The translations under genes and the position numbers were made by a program. A stretch of 64,000 nucleotides of DNA from assembly GCA_964016885.1 (NCBI GenBank), contig OZ024741.1:30380001-30444000 (forward strand), in the 5' to 3' direction. Shown here one piece after another: positions 25,902 through 39,429 of this stretch; within the stretch, counting starts at the first letter, position 1, and every line of letters begins with the position of its first letter. This DNA is from Eledone cirrhosa (Eukaryota). The notes beneath the pieces are model-generated. The model searched no databases. It had not been told where the DNA came from and saw only the letters and a list, made by a program, of their open reading frames with translations.

Positions 25902-27912
25902 TTTATTAAAATAACAGATTAAAGTTTAAGCAAAGAATAGCTGATTTCACCCTTGACGGGATCTTCTGAAACTTAAAAGTCAATCTGTGAACGCAGAAGT
26001 GAATATTTCAAAAAAACGTTGCAACCGAAGGAAGACGATACTTTGGTTCGTGGAAACGTTCCCTGACAAAGAACCGAAAAAAACGAAGATAATACGTCAT
26101 TATGTTGAACGGTGAGAACAATTACGCGCAAAGACAAAACCACGTAAATGGTATAACTGAAGTCGTAGACTAAAATTCTATCTAGGAAATCGAATGATTC
26201 TCGGCTTCAAAGTAAGAATAAAGTAATTAAATACAGAGGTAATCGAAATTAAATATATACATACACGCATCCATAAACGTACATACACAAGCATATGCGA
26301 AAACACTCGCCATGGGTATACAAATACAAGCACGTACACAAAAAGAAAAGAAGAGAAAAACACAAACCTGCACGCCCATACAGAACCCACACAACGCCTG
26401 TACCTGCACACATACGAACGTATACACCAAATACACATAAACTATATATAAAATAAATATATATATATGTGTGTGTGCGCGCGTGTATACATATAATTAA
26501 AAGAACGTATATAAATAAATAAATAAATACGTATATAACGCGCGCACACACATACCTGCATGTAAAACACGTATGTTCGCAGACGTACGTCAACCAAATC
26601 ACAAAGTACACAAATACACACACCCTACATACGTATGAACCCGCATACTCACACAGACGCAAAACTCACGTATATACATAACCAAATGCACATGTACCAG
26701 AATATATAATATATTATATACACCATAACATATACAAGCAAATATACGTACGAGAACGTATACGTACTTTCACGAAACATACAGGTAAAATATACTTACC
26801 TATACAGATAAGTAATGGTATAAACATAACATATACTTAGGTACCACATCAAGACGTAAATATCCGCGTATAGTTCGTGCTATCCGTTATGGTATAATGT
26901 GGGGCTGTAATACAGGAAAATGTTGTGCAATTTATGTTTACAAGCCGAAATTGCCTCAGATTTTTTGTTTAAGATGTGGTCTTTGGCGCAGAGTATTTCC
27001 AGGGCCTCAGCGGCGCAGAGGTCACATGGTCTTTTATTTCCGTTATACGATCTAGCCCTAGCTATGATCTTCCAGTGTAACTTATATTGGGTGTGGTTGT
27101 CTTTTAGACTCCAGATATAAGCTGACAGTGACGTCATATTCATTCTTAAAGGGTTAAGAAAAGAATGGGTATGCATGTAAAGCCGCTGCTTGAAACTATT
27201 GGCGGTTAACCCTATGTAGGCCCTACGGGACGTGGGTGTTTCAACCTTACATTTATAGACAATGTTACTAGAGAGGCATTTCCCGGATAGGGGGCAGTCA
27301 ACCCGGTTCCTACAATTACAGTTAGTATTAGCTACAGGGTTGCACGTGTTCCTACGGCTAGGTATTTTAGCTAAGTTTGAAGCTGTGATGTTATGTGCAA
27401 GGTTAGGAGTCGTACAGTAAGAAATTTTAATGGTATTTCTATTAAAATTTTACTATATTTATGTGATGGGGGGAAATGCTTCGTAATAAGGGAGAGAAAG
27501 ATCTTAGCTAATGGTGTGGCCACCTCCATATTATATGGTGGGTTATACCATATAATGCGTCGGGATCTATTTTTCCTAGGTCTATTCTCGTACTCTGTAT
27601 ATGCTATCTTATTGACGAATCCACTCCGAGCAAGAGCTTCATTGTAATATGTGAAATGGTCGTTGAAAATATGCTCGTTTGTAGATAGACGTGAAAGTCT
27701 CAAAGAAACGTTTCTTACTAGGTTCTTGGTTATGCTGGCAGGATGGTTGGAATGCTTACTTAGGTGATTAAGCGTATCATTCGGCCTTCTATACGGGTAT
27801 TGTAAGCCATTCGACAAATTGAGGGTAACGTCGAGGTAAGTAACGACCGAAAGGTTAGCCTCAACCTGTATGGAGAGGTTGAAGCCTTTAAAGAAGGCTG
27901 TGAGTTCTTTTC
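25902..27912 (-). mobile_element. 5'-truncated PLE (RT C-terminus, linker, GIY-YIG, 3' UTR/pLTR)
   Basis: YLDVTLNL..YRRPND..SNHP, WYNPPY, CNCRNRVDCPLSGKC, YIGLT, KSEAISACKH. Frameshifted. Confidence 0.88.
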
Positions 27913-28024
27913 TATATATATATAAAAGGAAAGATCGACTTTCGTCAAATCGGGCCGAGGAAACAATGTTTCCATTGGTCTTTCCAATTGCTAATACTAT
28001 CTATCCGTCGCAATTCCAGGTAGA

Positions 28025-28141
28025 AGGAGCAACGTGAAATAAAGTGTCTTACTCAAGGACATAACGCATCGCCCGGTCCGGGAATCGAACTCACAACCAT
28101 ACGATTGGGAATCCAATTCTTTAACCACTCAGCCACACGCC
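28025..28141 (-). mobile_element. tRNA-derived SINE, family B (head)
   Basis: Minus strand has A box TGGCTGAGTGG and B box GAGTTCGATTCC, then TCCTTGAGTAAGACACTTTATTTCAC. Confidence 0.8.
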
Positions 28142-28169
28142 TACATACATATATATATATATAAGTGTG

Positions 28170-28455
28170 GGGGGAGGGGTAGGTGGCCTAGTGGTAAGGG
28201 TTTGGGACTTATGATCATAATGTCGTAGGTTCGAGTCCTGGATTGCGTGTGGTGTTCTTGAGCAAAACACTTCATTTCACGTTGCTCCAGTATACTCAGC
28301 TGAAATGAGTACCAACAATAGATGCGGGTTTAACCCTGCGATGGACTGGCGTCCTGTTCAGGGAGAGTCTTGTATTTTCTGTCGATTCACGCCATGAAAC
28401 CGGATCACGATAAGCACAGGCTAAATAAGCCTTCTGGCTTAAGACAGACTTTAGA
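28170..28455 (+). mobile_element. tRNA-derived SINE, family B
   Basis: A box TGGCCTAGTGG, B box GGTTCGAGTCC, body TCTTGAGCAAAACACTTCATTTCAC...CCTGCGATGGACTGGCGTCC. Confidence 0.85.
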
Positions 28456-28467
28456 CATCTATATATA

Positions 28468-28825
28468 TTTATTAAAATAACAGATTAAAGTTTAAACAAA
28501 GAATCGCTGCTTTCAGCCTTAACGGGATCTTCTAAAACTAACAAAGTCAATCTGTAAACGCAGAAGTGGATATTTTAAAAAACGTTGCAACCGGAGGAAG
28601 ACAGGAAGACGATACTTTGGTTCGTGGAAACGTTCCCTGGCAAAAAACGGGAAAAAACGAATATAATACGTCATTAATAGGAGCGGTGAAAAACAATTAC
28701 GCAGAAAGACAGAACCACGTTTATGGTATAAAAGAGGTCGTAGACTAATGTTCTCTTAGGTGGTGCATAGAGACGTTCTCTGGCAATGAACGAAAAAAAC
28801 GAAGATAATACGTCATATGTGAAGC

Positions 28826-28826
<1 letters not shown>
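28468..28826 (-). repeat. Second, diverged copy of the pLTR at 25902-26173
   Basis: Colinear match from TTTATTAAAATAACAGATTAAAG to GTCGTAGACTAA, followed by a partial sub-repeat. Confidence 0.8.
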
Positions 28827-28865
<39 letters not shown>

Positions 28866-28889
28866 GTGTGTGTGTGTGTGTGGGGGGGG

Positions 28890-28921
<32 letters not shown>

Positions 28922-29227
28922 GTTAAAGAAAGAAGAGTAACGTGATTGGCTGTACAGTAAGGGCTTTATTTAAAGTACTGACAATTGTTTCGTTGATCAG
29001 GCGCGTCTAGAGTTCGCTAATCGCTGGAGGTTGCGTCAATAGATCTCCAATACATTGTTTAACACTGGTCAACACAACAGAGTATGTATATATATACATA
29101 CTCTTGCGATTGACGCAACCTCAAGCGATTAGCGAACTCTAGACGCACCTGATCAACGAAACAGTTGTCAGTACTTTAAATAAAGCCCTTATTGTACAGC
29201 CAAGCATGTTACTCTTCTCTCTTTAAC
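28922..29227. repeat. Fold-back mini-element (~120-bp arms) with an HHR 3' half
   Basis: 28922-29040 is mirrored at 29109-29227. The arm contains GAAACAGTTGTC and AATAAA. Confidence 0.75.
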
Positions 29228-29388
29228 AATTATTACTCCAAGTATAACCCGCATAGAAATTACCGCGATCCCGCTGCATAACTATGGAAACATCTTGTTG
29301 AGTTAAACAAAACCGTACATTAAAACTATCCACGACGCGGAGTACTCATAACCTCTAACTGGATTACCTATAACGATAACTTGTTATC

Positions 29389-29549
<161 letters not shown>

Positions 29550-29857
29550 TATAAAACACCCAGTAAAGGAATATGAAATTAATAGAAATGTTTCTATTTG
29601 TAGAGTTTGTGGGAAATCTCCCTGTCAGAGGTTGGACTTGAATCTCATATAAGAGCACGGGATGTGGCAGAACATACCACCCAGTTCACTTTTATATATG
29701 CCGCATCTGAACCAAGTTCTGTAGATAAGAACGAGGTCTAAAGAGACATTTCAAATTCATCTAGATCAGACAACACAGGCTGCACCAAAACTAATATGCA
29801 ATTTAAATATATAAAATAAAACACAGTAAATCTTATGCCAGACATGTGCATTATGTA

Positions 29858-30032
29858 GGTGGATTGGCAGTATCGGTAGAGCTTTGCAGCATAGAATTAT
29901 GGCCCTTTATGTTCTGAGTTCTAATCCCGCCGAGGCTAACTTTGCCATTCATCCTTACGGGGTTGATAAAATGAAGCACCAGTAATACATTGGGATAATT
30001 GCTGGCCTTGTTTCAAAAGTAGAATCTATTAT
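29858..30032 (+). mobile_element. tRNA-derived SINE, family A
   Basis: Matches 9740-9935. Confidence 0.8.
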
Positions 30033-31356
30033 CTACACTGAATGGTCAAGTTTTATATCCTGCAGACAACCAAGATGTATGTATATAAATATATATACAT
30101 ACAGAAGCAAACACACAGGTGATACGTAAATGTATGTATTCACCTATTGGAGAATGGAATTTCATCGGCTGTCGCTTTTAGTCAAAGAAATTACAAAATT
30201 AACACAAAAGATATTAATAGTATATTATATTTCTGTGTGCATGTTTGTAATCTCCACTGTCCGTTCGTGATGGTGATGCTATTTCTCTAAATACTTTCAC
30301 ATGATGTAATCTTTTACAAACAAATTACACAAAAAGCAGAAATTTCATTGACTCTTTCATATTTATAATATCAATAAACAACAAACCAAAAAATTTGAAA
30401 TATCATACAACCTCTCACTCACATACATAAACGAATATAGAAACATATACGGACAAAACACATACGCAATAAATGGCGGCTGCAGAAGAGAAATACAAAA
30501 ACTTTAAAATCAAACGAAAATCGGGAAATCAAGTTAACAAAGTTAAATGAGATGATAAATTATGAATGATTCCAAATCGAGACCAAAATTACTTCGAATC
30601 ATGCGAAAATAAAGCATATATGAAATTGCAAAATAATGAAATCATCACACGCTACAATTTTAATTGAGATAGTCTCGTGTGACAGCATTAATTGTTAACT
30701 TCAAGAAACTTCTAGCTTTTCAAACGTTCAATAAACACAATTTTCTCTACTTTTCCTCTGATTTTGTCTCCCCTTTGAAAGATTATGTAAATACAAAACC
30801 GTTTGCTTTATTGACTTGAAAACGCGAAGTGTTATACTACTAAATGCATCTCATGCACCACAGCAAGTAGAATACTTCCACAAAAGCATATCATAAAGCC
30901 CTAGTTTCGGTTTCTTGGCACGCTGCAAAGAAATCACTGAAATGTGTAGCAGGGTTCAAAGATATATCTATTCAAACATACAGAAAACGAAACCAGCTTT
31001 GGAAAGGGCAATAAATGCCACAGATGAGAGGAAATGAAAGGGAAGTGCAAGGACTATTGGGCAACGGAATAAAGAAGAGCGGAAGTGGAAAGGGTGACTG
31101 ACTCTACACAGTTCACAGTAATGTTTCGGCTCTGCCCCGCGAACAAAGTGGAAAAATAAATATATTCTGATTAAAACGATCACAGACATCAGTGAAGGTT
31201 TCAGTTTAAGGATGAAAAGCTATTTAGGTTTTTATTGTTTTGTAGCTCCTTATCAACCTAATCTATAGAAATGTATAATATGTAGGGAATATGTCGACAC
31301 CCCTGAACACTTATATGTATATATAAATATATAAATATATATATATATATATATAT

Positions 31357-31404
<48 letters not shown>

Positions 31405-31441
31405 ACACACGCGCGCACGCACACACACACGCACACGCACA

Positions 31442-31516
<75 letters not shown>

Positions 31517-31519
<3 letters not shown>

Positions 31520-31949
31520 AATGTAATCTGAGCTTTTCGAATATTAATAATAACACTCGAATCGTTTGCAATTATGCAAACAAGCCTCAATTTCATAGCC
31601 ATGTCAGTAGAATGAACCGTTCGTTCTTGCTCTTGTGTTGGCCATTTATCACTCGTATACAGCAAAGTGACTGGCCAGTCTGCTAATATGCAAATCAGGC
31701 CGATCAGTCACTGTGTATTTTTGAAAATAGCAGATATCTTCACTAGCTCTAACAGTTTGGCCGGTGAACAGTGAGCTGTACTGATGAAGGGTGATACATT
31801 AGTGTCTGCAGTTCTGTTCGCCTGCCAACACAAGAGCAAGAGTGAAGGATTCATACTACTGAAATGGCTATAAAATTGACGCTTGTTTGCATAATTGTAA
31901 ACGAATCGAATGTTATTATTAATATTCGAAAAACTCAGATTACATTTAT
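31517..31949. repeat. Fold-back element with ~125-bp arms
   Basis: 31517-31642 is mirrored at 31824-31949. Its terminal 75 bp recur at 6527-6600, and there is an internal CTGATGA. Confidence 0.75.
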
Positions 31950-31978
31950 TGTATTCAGCGATGTAGAGCGAAAATGTT

Positions 31979-32017
<39 letters not shown>

Positions 32018-32024
32018 TGATAGA

Positions 32025-32065
<41 letters not shown>

Positions 32066-32066
32066 T

Positions 32067-32110
<44 letters not shown>

Positions 32111-32141
32111 ACACGCGCGCGCGCGCACGCACACACACACG

Positions 32142-32187
<46 letters not shown>

Positions 32188-33539
32188 AATGTAGATTTCT
32201 GATGATTTCTAATGAATGAAACAGTTCTAGTCCTGTAGAATCTCATCTATATTAAAACTGTTATACTCTGCTATGTATTGAGTACCTTACTTACTGTGGT
32301 TACCTCCGATTCAACCCGGAATAACGTATATATATATATATATATATAAATGAAAAGTATAGAAAGTATTGTAGCAAGAAGCCAACGGTATTCCATAATA
32401 TATAAGTGACTATAGCGTCAAAATGGGAAAATAGTTAACGTAAGATGTGGGAAATATAATTCAAACTCAATTCAAAAAGAATCAGGATATAGATTTATCC
32501 AACAGAATTTAGTGAAAACCAGGGAAAAATCAATAGACCCTTAACTCATGATAAAATAAAGTCTAAAATACTCATCCTTCAATTCGGAACAACTACGAAT
32601 GCTCTGTATAGTCTTGAAAAGACTATTTCACGAAAACTTTCAGTGGGTATGGTCACGGTTGGAATTCGATCCTCAGCAGAGCACAACATGATAACCCAAA
32701 TCTCACTGATTAATATGCCAAAAAGGGAATTTAAAAGCAGGCTAGTTTAACATCATGCATGATTATGAAAATAAAACGCAGATGTGGAAAAACAGGGCTG
32801 GTGGCGTCAAAATGAGACGAATGTTTGTTTCCATGAATCAACAGTAAAAAACATTCCGAAAAGAAATCTACATGGGGCTTAGGGTATGTAACAATATACG
32901 TAGATGTGAAAAGGAAAAATGTCGCAAGCAAATTTGTCAGACGATCTGAGAATCCTAGCATTTCGAAATGTTATGTAAGTATAATCTTCTTGTATTAATT
33001 GTAAATGTAATTCGTCCTTTCGATCGATCTAATTGTAATGATTACTGTTTGATCCAGCCAATGATCAAAAGGGTCGCGTTTCGGCCGCACAGTCATTTTT
33101 CATGCATCATGTGTCTAATGCCCGTGTATGCATATTAAGATGAGATTAAAAGGAAATTTACCTGGGGTATATAGTAGGTCAAATGACAATGTAAAAGGTC
33201 CCTTCTTAGATCAGAGAATGACAATCAACGGTGAGATAATTGATGTAATCACAGGCACTTCAAATGTTTACATGGAGTACACGGAAAGCACCCATAATTT
33301 CCTGCCTCCAGTAATTTACAACTCAGTGTGAACATATATTAAATATTAGCATATATATATATATGTGCAGTTTTAAGCTTTGATCATCAATGATAAACAC
33401 TGATTGCCAAATAAATTAACTATGGAGTTATAAAAGATACAAAAGCGAAAGCCAACCAAACAGTGAGTGCGTTCTGTTATTATTTCTGGCAATATTATTA
33501 CAACAATAGGACCCTCGCAAAGTATATATATATATATAT

Positions 33540-34150
33540 ATAAATGTAAGTATGTATACGTACATACATATATGTATACATACGTCCAGTAGTATGTATA
33601 TATATATATATACATCCATGCACGCATTTTTTTATATATATATGTACGTATGGGTTTACCGAACATTTATTATAATGTTGTAAACAAACAGCCCGAATTA
33701 AGCCGTACAGTGTTCGGCAACCATCGTTGCCCTTGTGTTCAACACTGACAAAGGAACGATGAACTAGTTTCAAGCTTATTAGCTATCGTCAGCATCGTAT
33801 ACCTTCCTGTCAGATGATTGAACGTTTGAAAGTATATATCTGACAGGAAGATATACGATGCTGACGATAGCTAATATGCTTGAAACTAGTTCATCGTTCC
33901 TTTGAACAAAAGGGCGACGGTGGTTGCCGAACATTGTACGGCTTAATTCGGGCTGTTTGTTTACAAACAAACCAAACATTATAATAAATGTTCGGTAAAC
34001 TCATACGTACATATATATATGTGTGCATGTATGTATATATACATATGTACATACTACTGTACGTCTGTATACATATATGTATGTACGTATACATACTTAC
34101 ATTTAAGTATCAGCCGTACTAAGAGTGAGAAATGAAATTTTATTTCATTC
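33540..34150. mobile_element. R430 fold-back
   Basis: Palindromic about ~33835. HHRs at 33756-33798(-) and 33855-33897(+) have a perfect stem I (ACGAUG/CAUCGU) and a GUU site. Confidence 0.8.
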
Positions 34151-34153
34151 TTT

Positions 34154-34231
<78 letters not shown>

Positions 34232-34236
<5 letters not shown>

Positions 34237-35440
34237 CTCAACCCACCCATAACAACATCCAAAACCGCAACGGAGGACCTGCACACAGAAAAGCCACCAA
34301 CTGTAATTTCCACTCACCGGATAAGGGCCCACAGCAATATAGATGCCTGGATTCGAGTATGGTGTACCTGTGTACTGTAAATTCAGGCAACTCTACTTGG
34401 CACTACATAGGTTCCACGGCTGGGGAGTTCAAGAAAAGGTGGTACGTCCACAGACACTCCATGAAGTACCGTAGACTGGAGAACTCTACGACGCTCGCTA
34501 ATAAAATTGGCAGCTTAAAAACACAAACCAGTAATATTGGATTAGCTGGTCGAAATTATCGGTAGCAAGGGCTTACAGCAACGGAATGTCCCACTGCAGA
34601 TTTGTAAAATATAGAACTATTCCATATTTTAAGGTACGATAAGATGCTGCTTAACAGGAAAAATGGAAAGATCAATTTTCTGTAGGCATAAAATAGCTAC
34701 TAGGTTCACAAATTTCAAAACATTGTGATTCGAGCCAGCAATCCCAAAATTAGAACTGAACCACCTGGATTTTAACGTATGGCATACACACCATCACACC
34801 ACTATCTATATATTTTTACTCACCTCAATCCGGATTCTCACTTGAACATGTTTTTTATTTCTAATGGTTAATGTTTTAATTGTTTAATTTATAATTTCTG
34901 ATATTTGATTTAGGATTTTAATTTTTATTTCCAACTCTCACTCATAACTTCCAATGTAAAAGCATGATACCTATAATTAAGTTTATTTTCTCTTAGGAGT
35001 TGATGGTCAGTTGTACTGTCCACGCTTGGTGAGAGGTAGTATTGTGACCTGTAAAAACTAACACTCTCCCATCCCCTCTGGCTTTCGGCTGACTGCCACA
35101 GTCGGGATGGGTAGCAGTAAACTATGGCACAGGCCTAAGTGGGTCATTGTTTGGCTGAGCGGGTGAACTGACTAAGCGAATTTCGTTGAAATCTGCGGTA
35201 GCTAATGGTCAACTTCCTTCGGACATGCGCCTGCGCAGACCGGTGGGGGTGAATTGGTACTCACAGGAGAACGGATGAAAAACCCCAAAGCACAAACTTC
35301 GTCCGTTCCCATGTCGATTCAATTTGGATTGCCTCGGAAACATAACCTTATTATGTAACAAGCTGTCTGATGATGTCACGACACTCGCACACAGAACAGT
35401 GTGGCCAGTGTCGTCATTGAAATATATATCACAGCATTAT
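34232..35440 (+). mobile_element. PLE 3' fragment (GIY-YIG plus 3' UTR with HHR)
   Basis: MVYLCTV...WHYIGSTAGEFKKRWYVH, starting directly after (TA)n. Confidence 0.82.
35362..35435 (+). ncRNA. HHR motif with long stem II
   Basis: GCUGU-CUGAUGA-[ACGACACU..CACAC..GUGUG..AGUGUCGU]-GAAAUAUAUAUC-ACAGC. Confidence 0.78.
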
Positions 35441-35445
35441 TATTA

Positions 35446-35642
35446 AAGGGCGGTGGATTGGCAGTATTGGGAGAGGGTCGGACGCCATGCTTTGACGTAT
35501 AGAGTTACGGCCCTTGCCATTCTGAGTTCAAATCCCGCCGAGGTTAACTTTGCCTTTCATCCTTACGAGGTCGATAAAATAAAGTACCAGTAATGCACTG
35601 GGTAATTGCTGGCCTTGTGCCAAACGTAGAAACAATTATTAT
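35446..35642 (+). mobile_element. tRNA-derived SINE, family A
   Basis: Clear A and B boxes and a full body. Confidence 0.88.
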
Positions 35643-35757
35643 TAAAGGACTTGAACAACTGAAGCTAATTCGCTTTTCCTTATTCGATATTTACTCCGTC
35701 ACTCCTATGTGGAAAAATAACGTTGAGTGCTTGAATTGAATTGCATCAATGTTAACC

Positions 35758-35804
<47 letters not shown>

Positions 35805-35929
35805 ATACTTGGGGAGGGTGATATTTGTGTAATAATATTGCCAGAATTAATAACAGAACACACTCACTCTTTGGTTGATTTTCGGCTCTGTGTCTTTTAC
35901 ATCAAAAACCTCGCAAAACTAATTAATCG

Positions 35930-35977
<48 letters not shown>

Positions 35978-35984
<7 letters not shown>

Positions 35985-37735
35985 GAATATAAAATGAAAG
36001 TGCTTTTATAAAGGAATTTATTAGGTATTGACATATGTTTCTGTAACAGACGTAATACCTATGTATCGCTGCTTGCGTAATCATATAATGTTAGCAAGTA
36101 TTCGATAGCAAATATATAATCAGTTGTCACTACTTCAGAGATATTGGATAAATTGGAAAAAATCAGAAAACTTGAAGTATTCATATTAGTTGTAAGAAAG
36201 GAAGAAGAGAGGGGATAGTATATGACAGATGGAAATTCAATTTACTGGTAAACAAGTTTATAGAAGGTTTCTAATGAGAATAAGAGTATATGGCTTATTT
36301 ATAGTATATGAGTATATGGCTTTATTTATAATGAGTATATGGCTTATTTTATCTAAATAAGAAGTTTTGCGAGTGCCTATTTTAATCTATACTTGACCAA
36401 TTGAACAATGGACAGGGCTGGTCGTTTGGTGTAGTAGTATTAATAGATATAAAGTGTCAATTAAGGAAGAAGGAGATTTTGACTACTACTGTATAACAGC
36501 AATGCTGGTAGCCTGCTGGTATATGAATTAGGGAATTGAATTAATAAATCCCATTTTATCTATAGCAGTTTAATGGTAAAGAATAGAAGAGTTGATAGAA
36601 TTAAAATTAATAGAGAATGTTAATATGTATTTTGACAATCAAACGGAGATGGAGACAGGCGTTCAATTCTGGTAGCGTTTGTAATATGAAAATGTAGATT
36701 TCAAGCGATGGTTACAGTATAACGATCGCTCTATTCTGTTATTTAATAACATCTTTTGGGATTTCATAATACAAAATATTTCCATATTACAAAATTTACA
36801 AAATTCCTGTCCTTGGGTTATGCAGGGGCAGTACTATTATATCCCATTTTAGGTTAAATTGTTGGTTATTTTCGCGCAGCTGCCAAGCCTTGTCTGCGAG
36901 TGTTGTTACATAACGCTGGTTTTCATGTTTTATCGAGTAACGATGTCTATAAAGGCGAGATTTGAAGGAGGTAGCTGTAGACCCCACATAGTACCACTTC
37001 TGGCTACCCGATTCGATAGTACATTTGTATATGATGTTGCGTTCAAGACACTGATTGTTCAACGGACACATTCCTGGTTGGACACAGTTACAGTTATAAT
37101 TTTGCGTTGTTGTATTGGCATAGATGGGTTGATGAGGTTGCTTAGGCAGGACGGGATGTTGTTTCTTGTTTTGTGATGTTATAGCCGATGTTTTACGTGT
37201 ATTGTTATGTGTTGGAAGGCGTTTATACAACCGTTTTGCTTTAAGCTTTTTTATATGTTGTTCAATATTAGGGGCGGTTGAATATGAACGTCGAATAGTG
37301 TTAGGGCTTAAGATTTTATTATATTTATGTGATCTTGGAAAGTGTTTTTAACTAATCGAATTAATTGTGAGGGTAGATTGATTTTAATAGAGTTGTTATA
37401 GACCGGGTTGTACCATATATACTCTTTACATCGCCTTCTGTTTGGTGGTGTGCGATTATTAGTGTGTCTATTGCGGTAGTGTATGTATGGTGGTCATTCT
37501 ATGCTATTTCTACCTCTATGAGATTTATTTTGGGTGTTCATTTTTTCTGATTTTTTTCCAATTTATCCAATATCTCTGAAGAAGTGAAAACTGATGATAA
37601 TTTGCTATCGAATACTTGCTAACATTTTATGATTACGCAAGCAGCGAGACATAGGTATTCCGTCTGTTACAGAAACATATGTCAATACCTAATAAATTCC
37701 TTTATAAAAGCACTTTCATTTTATATTCATCTTTT
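35978..37735 (-). mobile_element. PLE 3' fragment with an inverted pLTR copy at its 5' end
   Basis: CNCVQPGMCPLNNQC, IIYKC and YYVGST at 36796-37230. 35978-36170 is mirrored at 37543-37735. Confidence 0.85.
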
Positions 37736-37887
37736 CTACACTTTCTTCGGAATATAATTTATACTCGTTGAGCAAACCTACACGTACGCTGTTCATCTCT
37801 AACGTGACGATATATTATCACTACATTATTGATAACTTGAAATCTTTAAATATATATATATATATATATCGTTATAAAATAGTCAAT

Positions 37888-37942
<55 letters not shown>

Positions 37943-39246
37943 AATGATACAAATGTATGATAATATATATGAAATGTATGATAAGATACGTTACTCCAGA
38001 AATAGCCGTCGAAACGGCTTGAGCTCTGTCGTCAGGGTCATACATTTTCAAATATATATATATATATATATATATGTCTTGTAATGAACTTGGCAATATA
38101 TTGTCAATTAACTTTGAAGGGTTGTTCTTTGTGGTTTATTTTTATTTTTATTTATTTTTATTTTTATTTTTATTTTTATTTTTATTTTTATTTTTATTTT
38201 TATTTTTATTTTTATTATTGTAGTATTCTATAATATTTTTTATTTTTTATTTTTTATTTTATTTTTAATATATTTAATATGTAAATTTTTAATACGTAAT
38301 ATTTTTTAATACGTAGTATTTTTAATATGTAATATTTTTATTATGTAATATTCTTTCGTAATATTTTTTTAGTTTTCTATTCTATATTTTTACTTATTAT
38401 TATTATTGTTATCTGTTTATTTTTAGTTTTGTTTATAATATATATTTTTATTAGTATATTGAAATCTGCTCTCTATTTCTGCTTGATAGATAATCTTGTA
38501 GAGTAATGACAGGAATAATAATACACATATTTGTATGCTCAAATTTTTATACCACATTGAGAATGTTTTCCGTGAACTTAGAGTTTGCAGAGTGAATCAG
38601 TTGGATTCGCATGATGTTTGTAGCTGTCACATAAACATATGAATTTTTTAAAACTAAACATAAGATAATTAATGTTCACACATTATGGATACTTGTCTCA
38701 TTCAGGAATACTGATATTTACAATATAGTGTAAGTTTTATAAATACTAATACATTAAAACAGGGTTTTTGCGCCTCGAATATGTCTGGCTATTTTTAAAT
38801 TTTTTTCTCTCGCTATTTTTTCCTCTCTCTATATTTTTTTCTCTATATATATCTCCCTTACATTAATACCTGAGCTAAATAAATAAATAAATAAATAAAT
38901 GTATCATTGATACATTTACTCAAAATGACCTCCCACTACCTAATTTTCTATATATATATGTATCTATCTCTATTTCCTCTCTCTATATATATATATGTCT
39001 CTTTCTGTTTCTTTACATGAAGTTCTTCGCTTTATCTATCTTTCCATCTCTCTATTTTGTTCCATCCGTTTCTTCTTTTTCTTTTTCTTCTTTTTCTTCG
39101 TTTTCTTCGTTTTGTCTTTCTTTCTTTTTTCTCTCTTTCTTTCTCTCTGTATAAAATTTTTTCACTGCCAGCGTAAACCTCTTCAAATGAAGTCGGTGTT
39201 ATTACGGTATGTCGAATCTATTTTTCTATAAAACTGTTTATATTGT

Positions 39247-39310
39247 ATTTTGTCTGATGAAGGCATAGCATATTGTTAATATGATATCCCCGAAATATAT
39301 ATAATGAAAT
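39247..39310 (+). ncRNA. HHR motif (PLE pLTR remnant)
   Basis: AUUUUGU-CUGAUGA-[..CAUAUU GUU AAUAUG..]-GAAAUAUAUAUA-AUGAAAU. Confidence 0.7.
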
Positions 39311-39353
39311 AAATATGGTTTTATAAATATAGTTTTCCATTTATTTAATATTG

Positions 39354-39422
<69 letters not shown>

Positions 39423-39429
39423 TTCTTTT

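Noticed and set aside
28170-28245. tRNA genes at SINE heads
   Set aside because: A and B boxes are present, but there is no full cloverleaf and the sequence continues into a SINE body.
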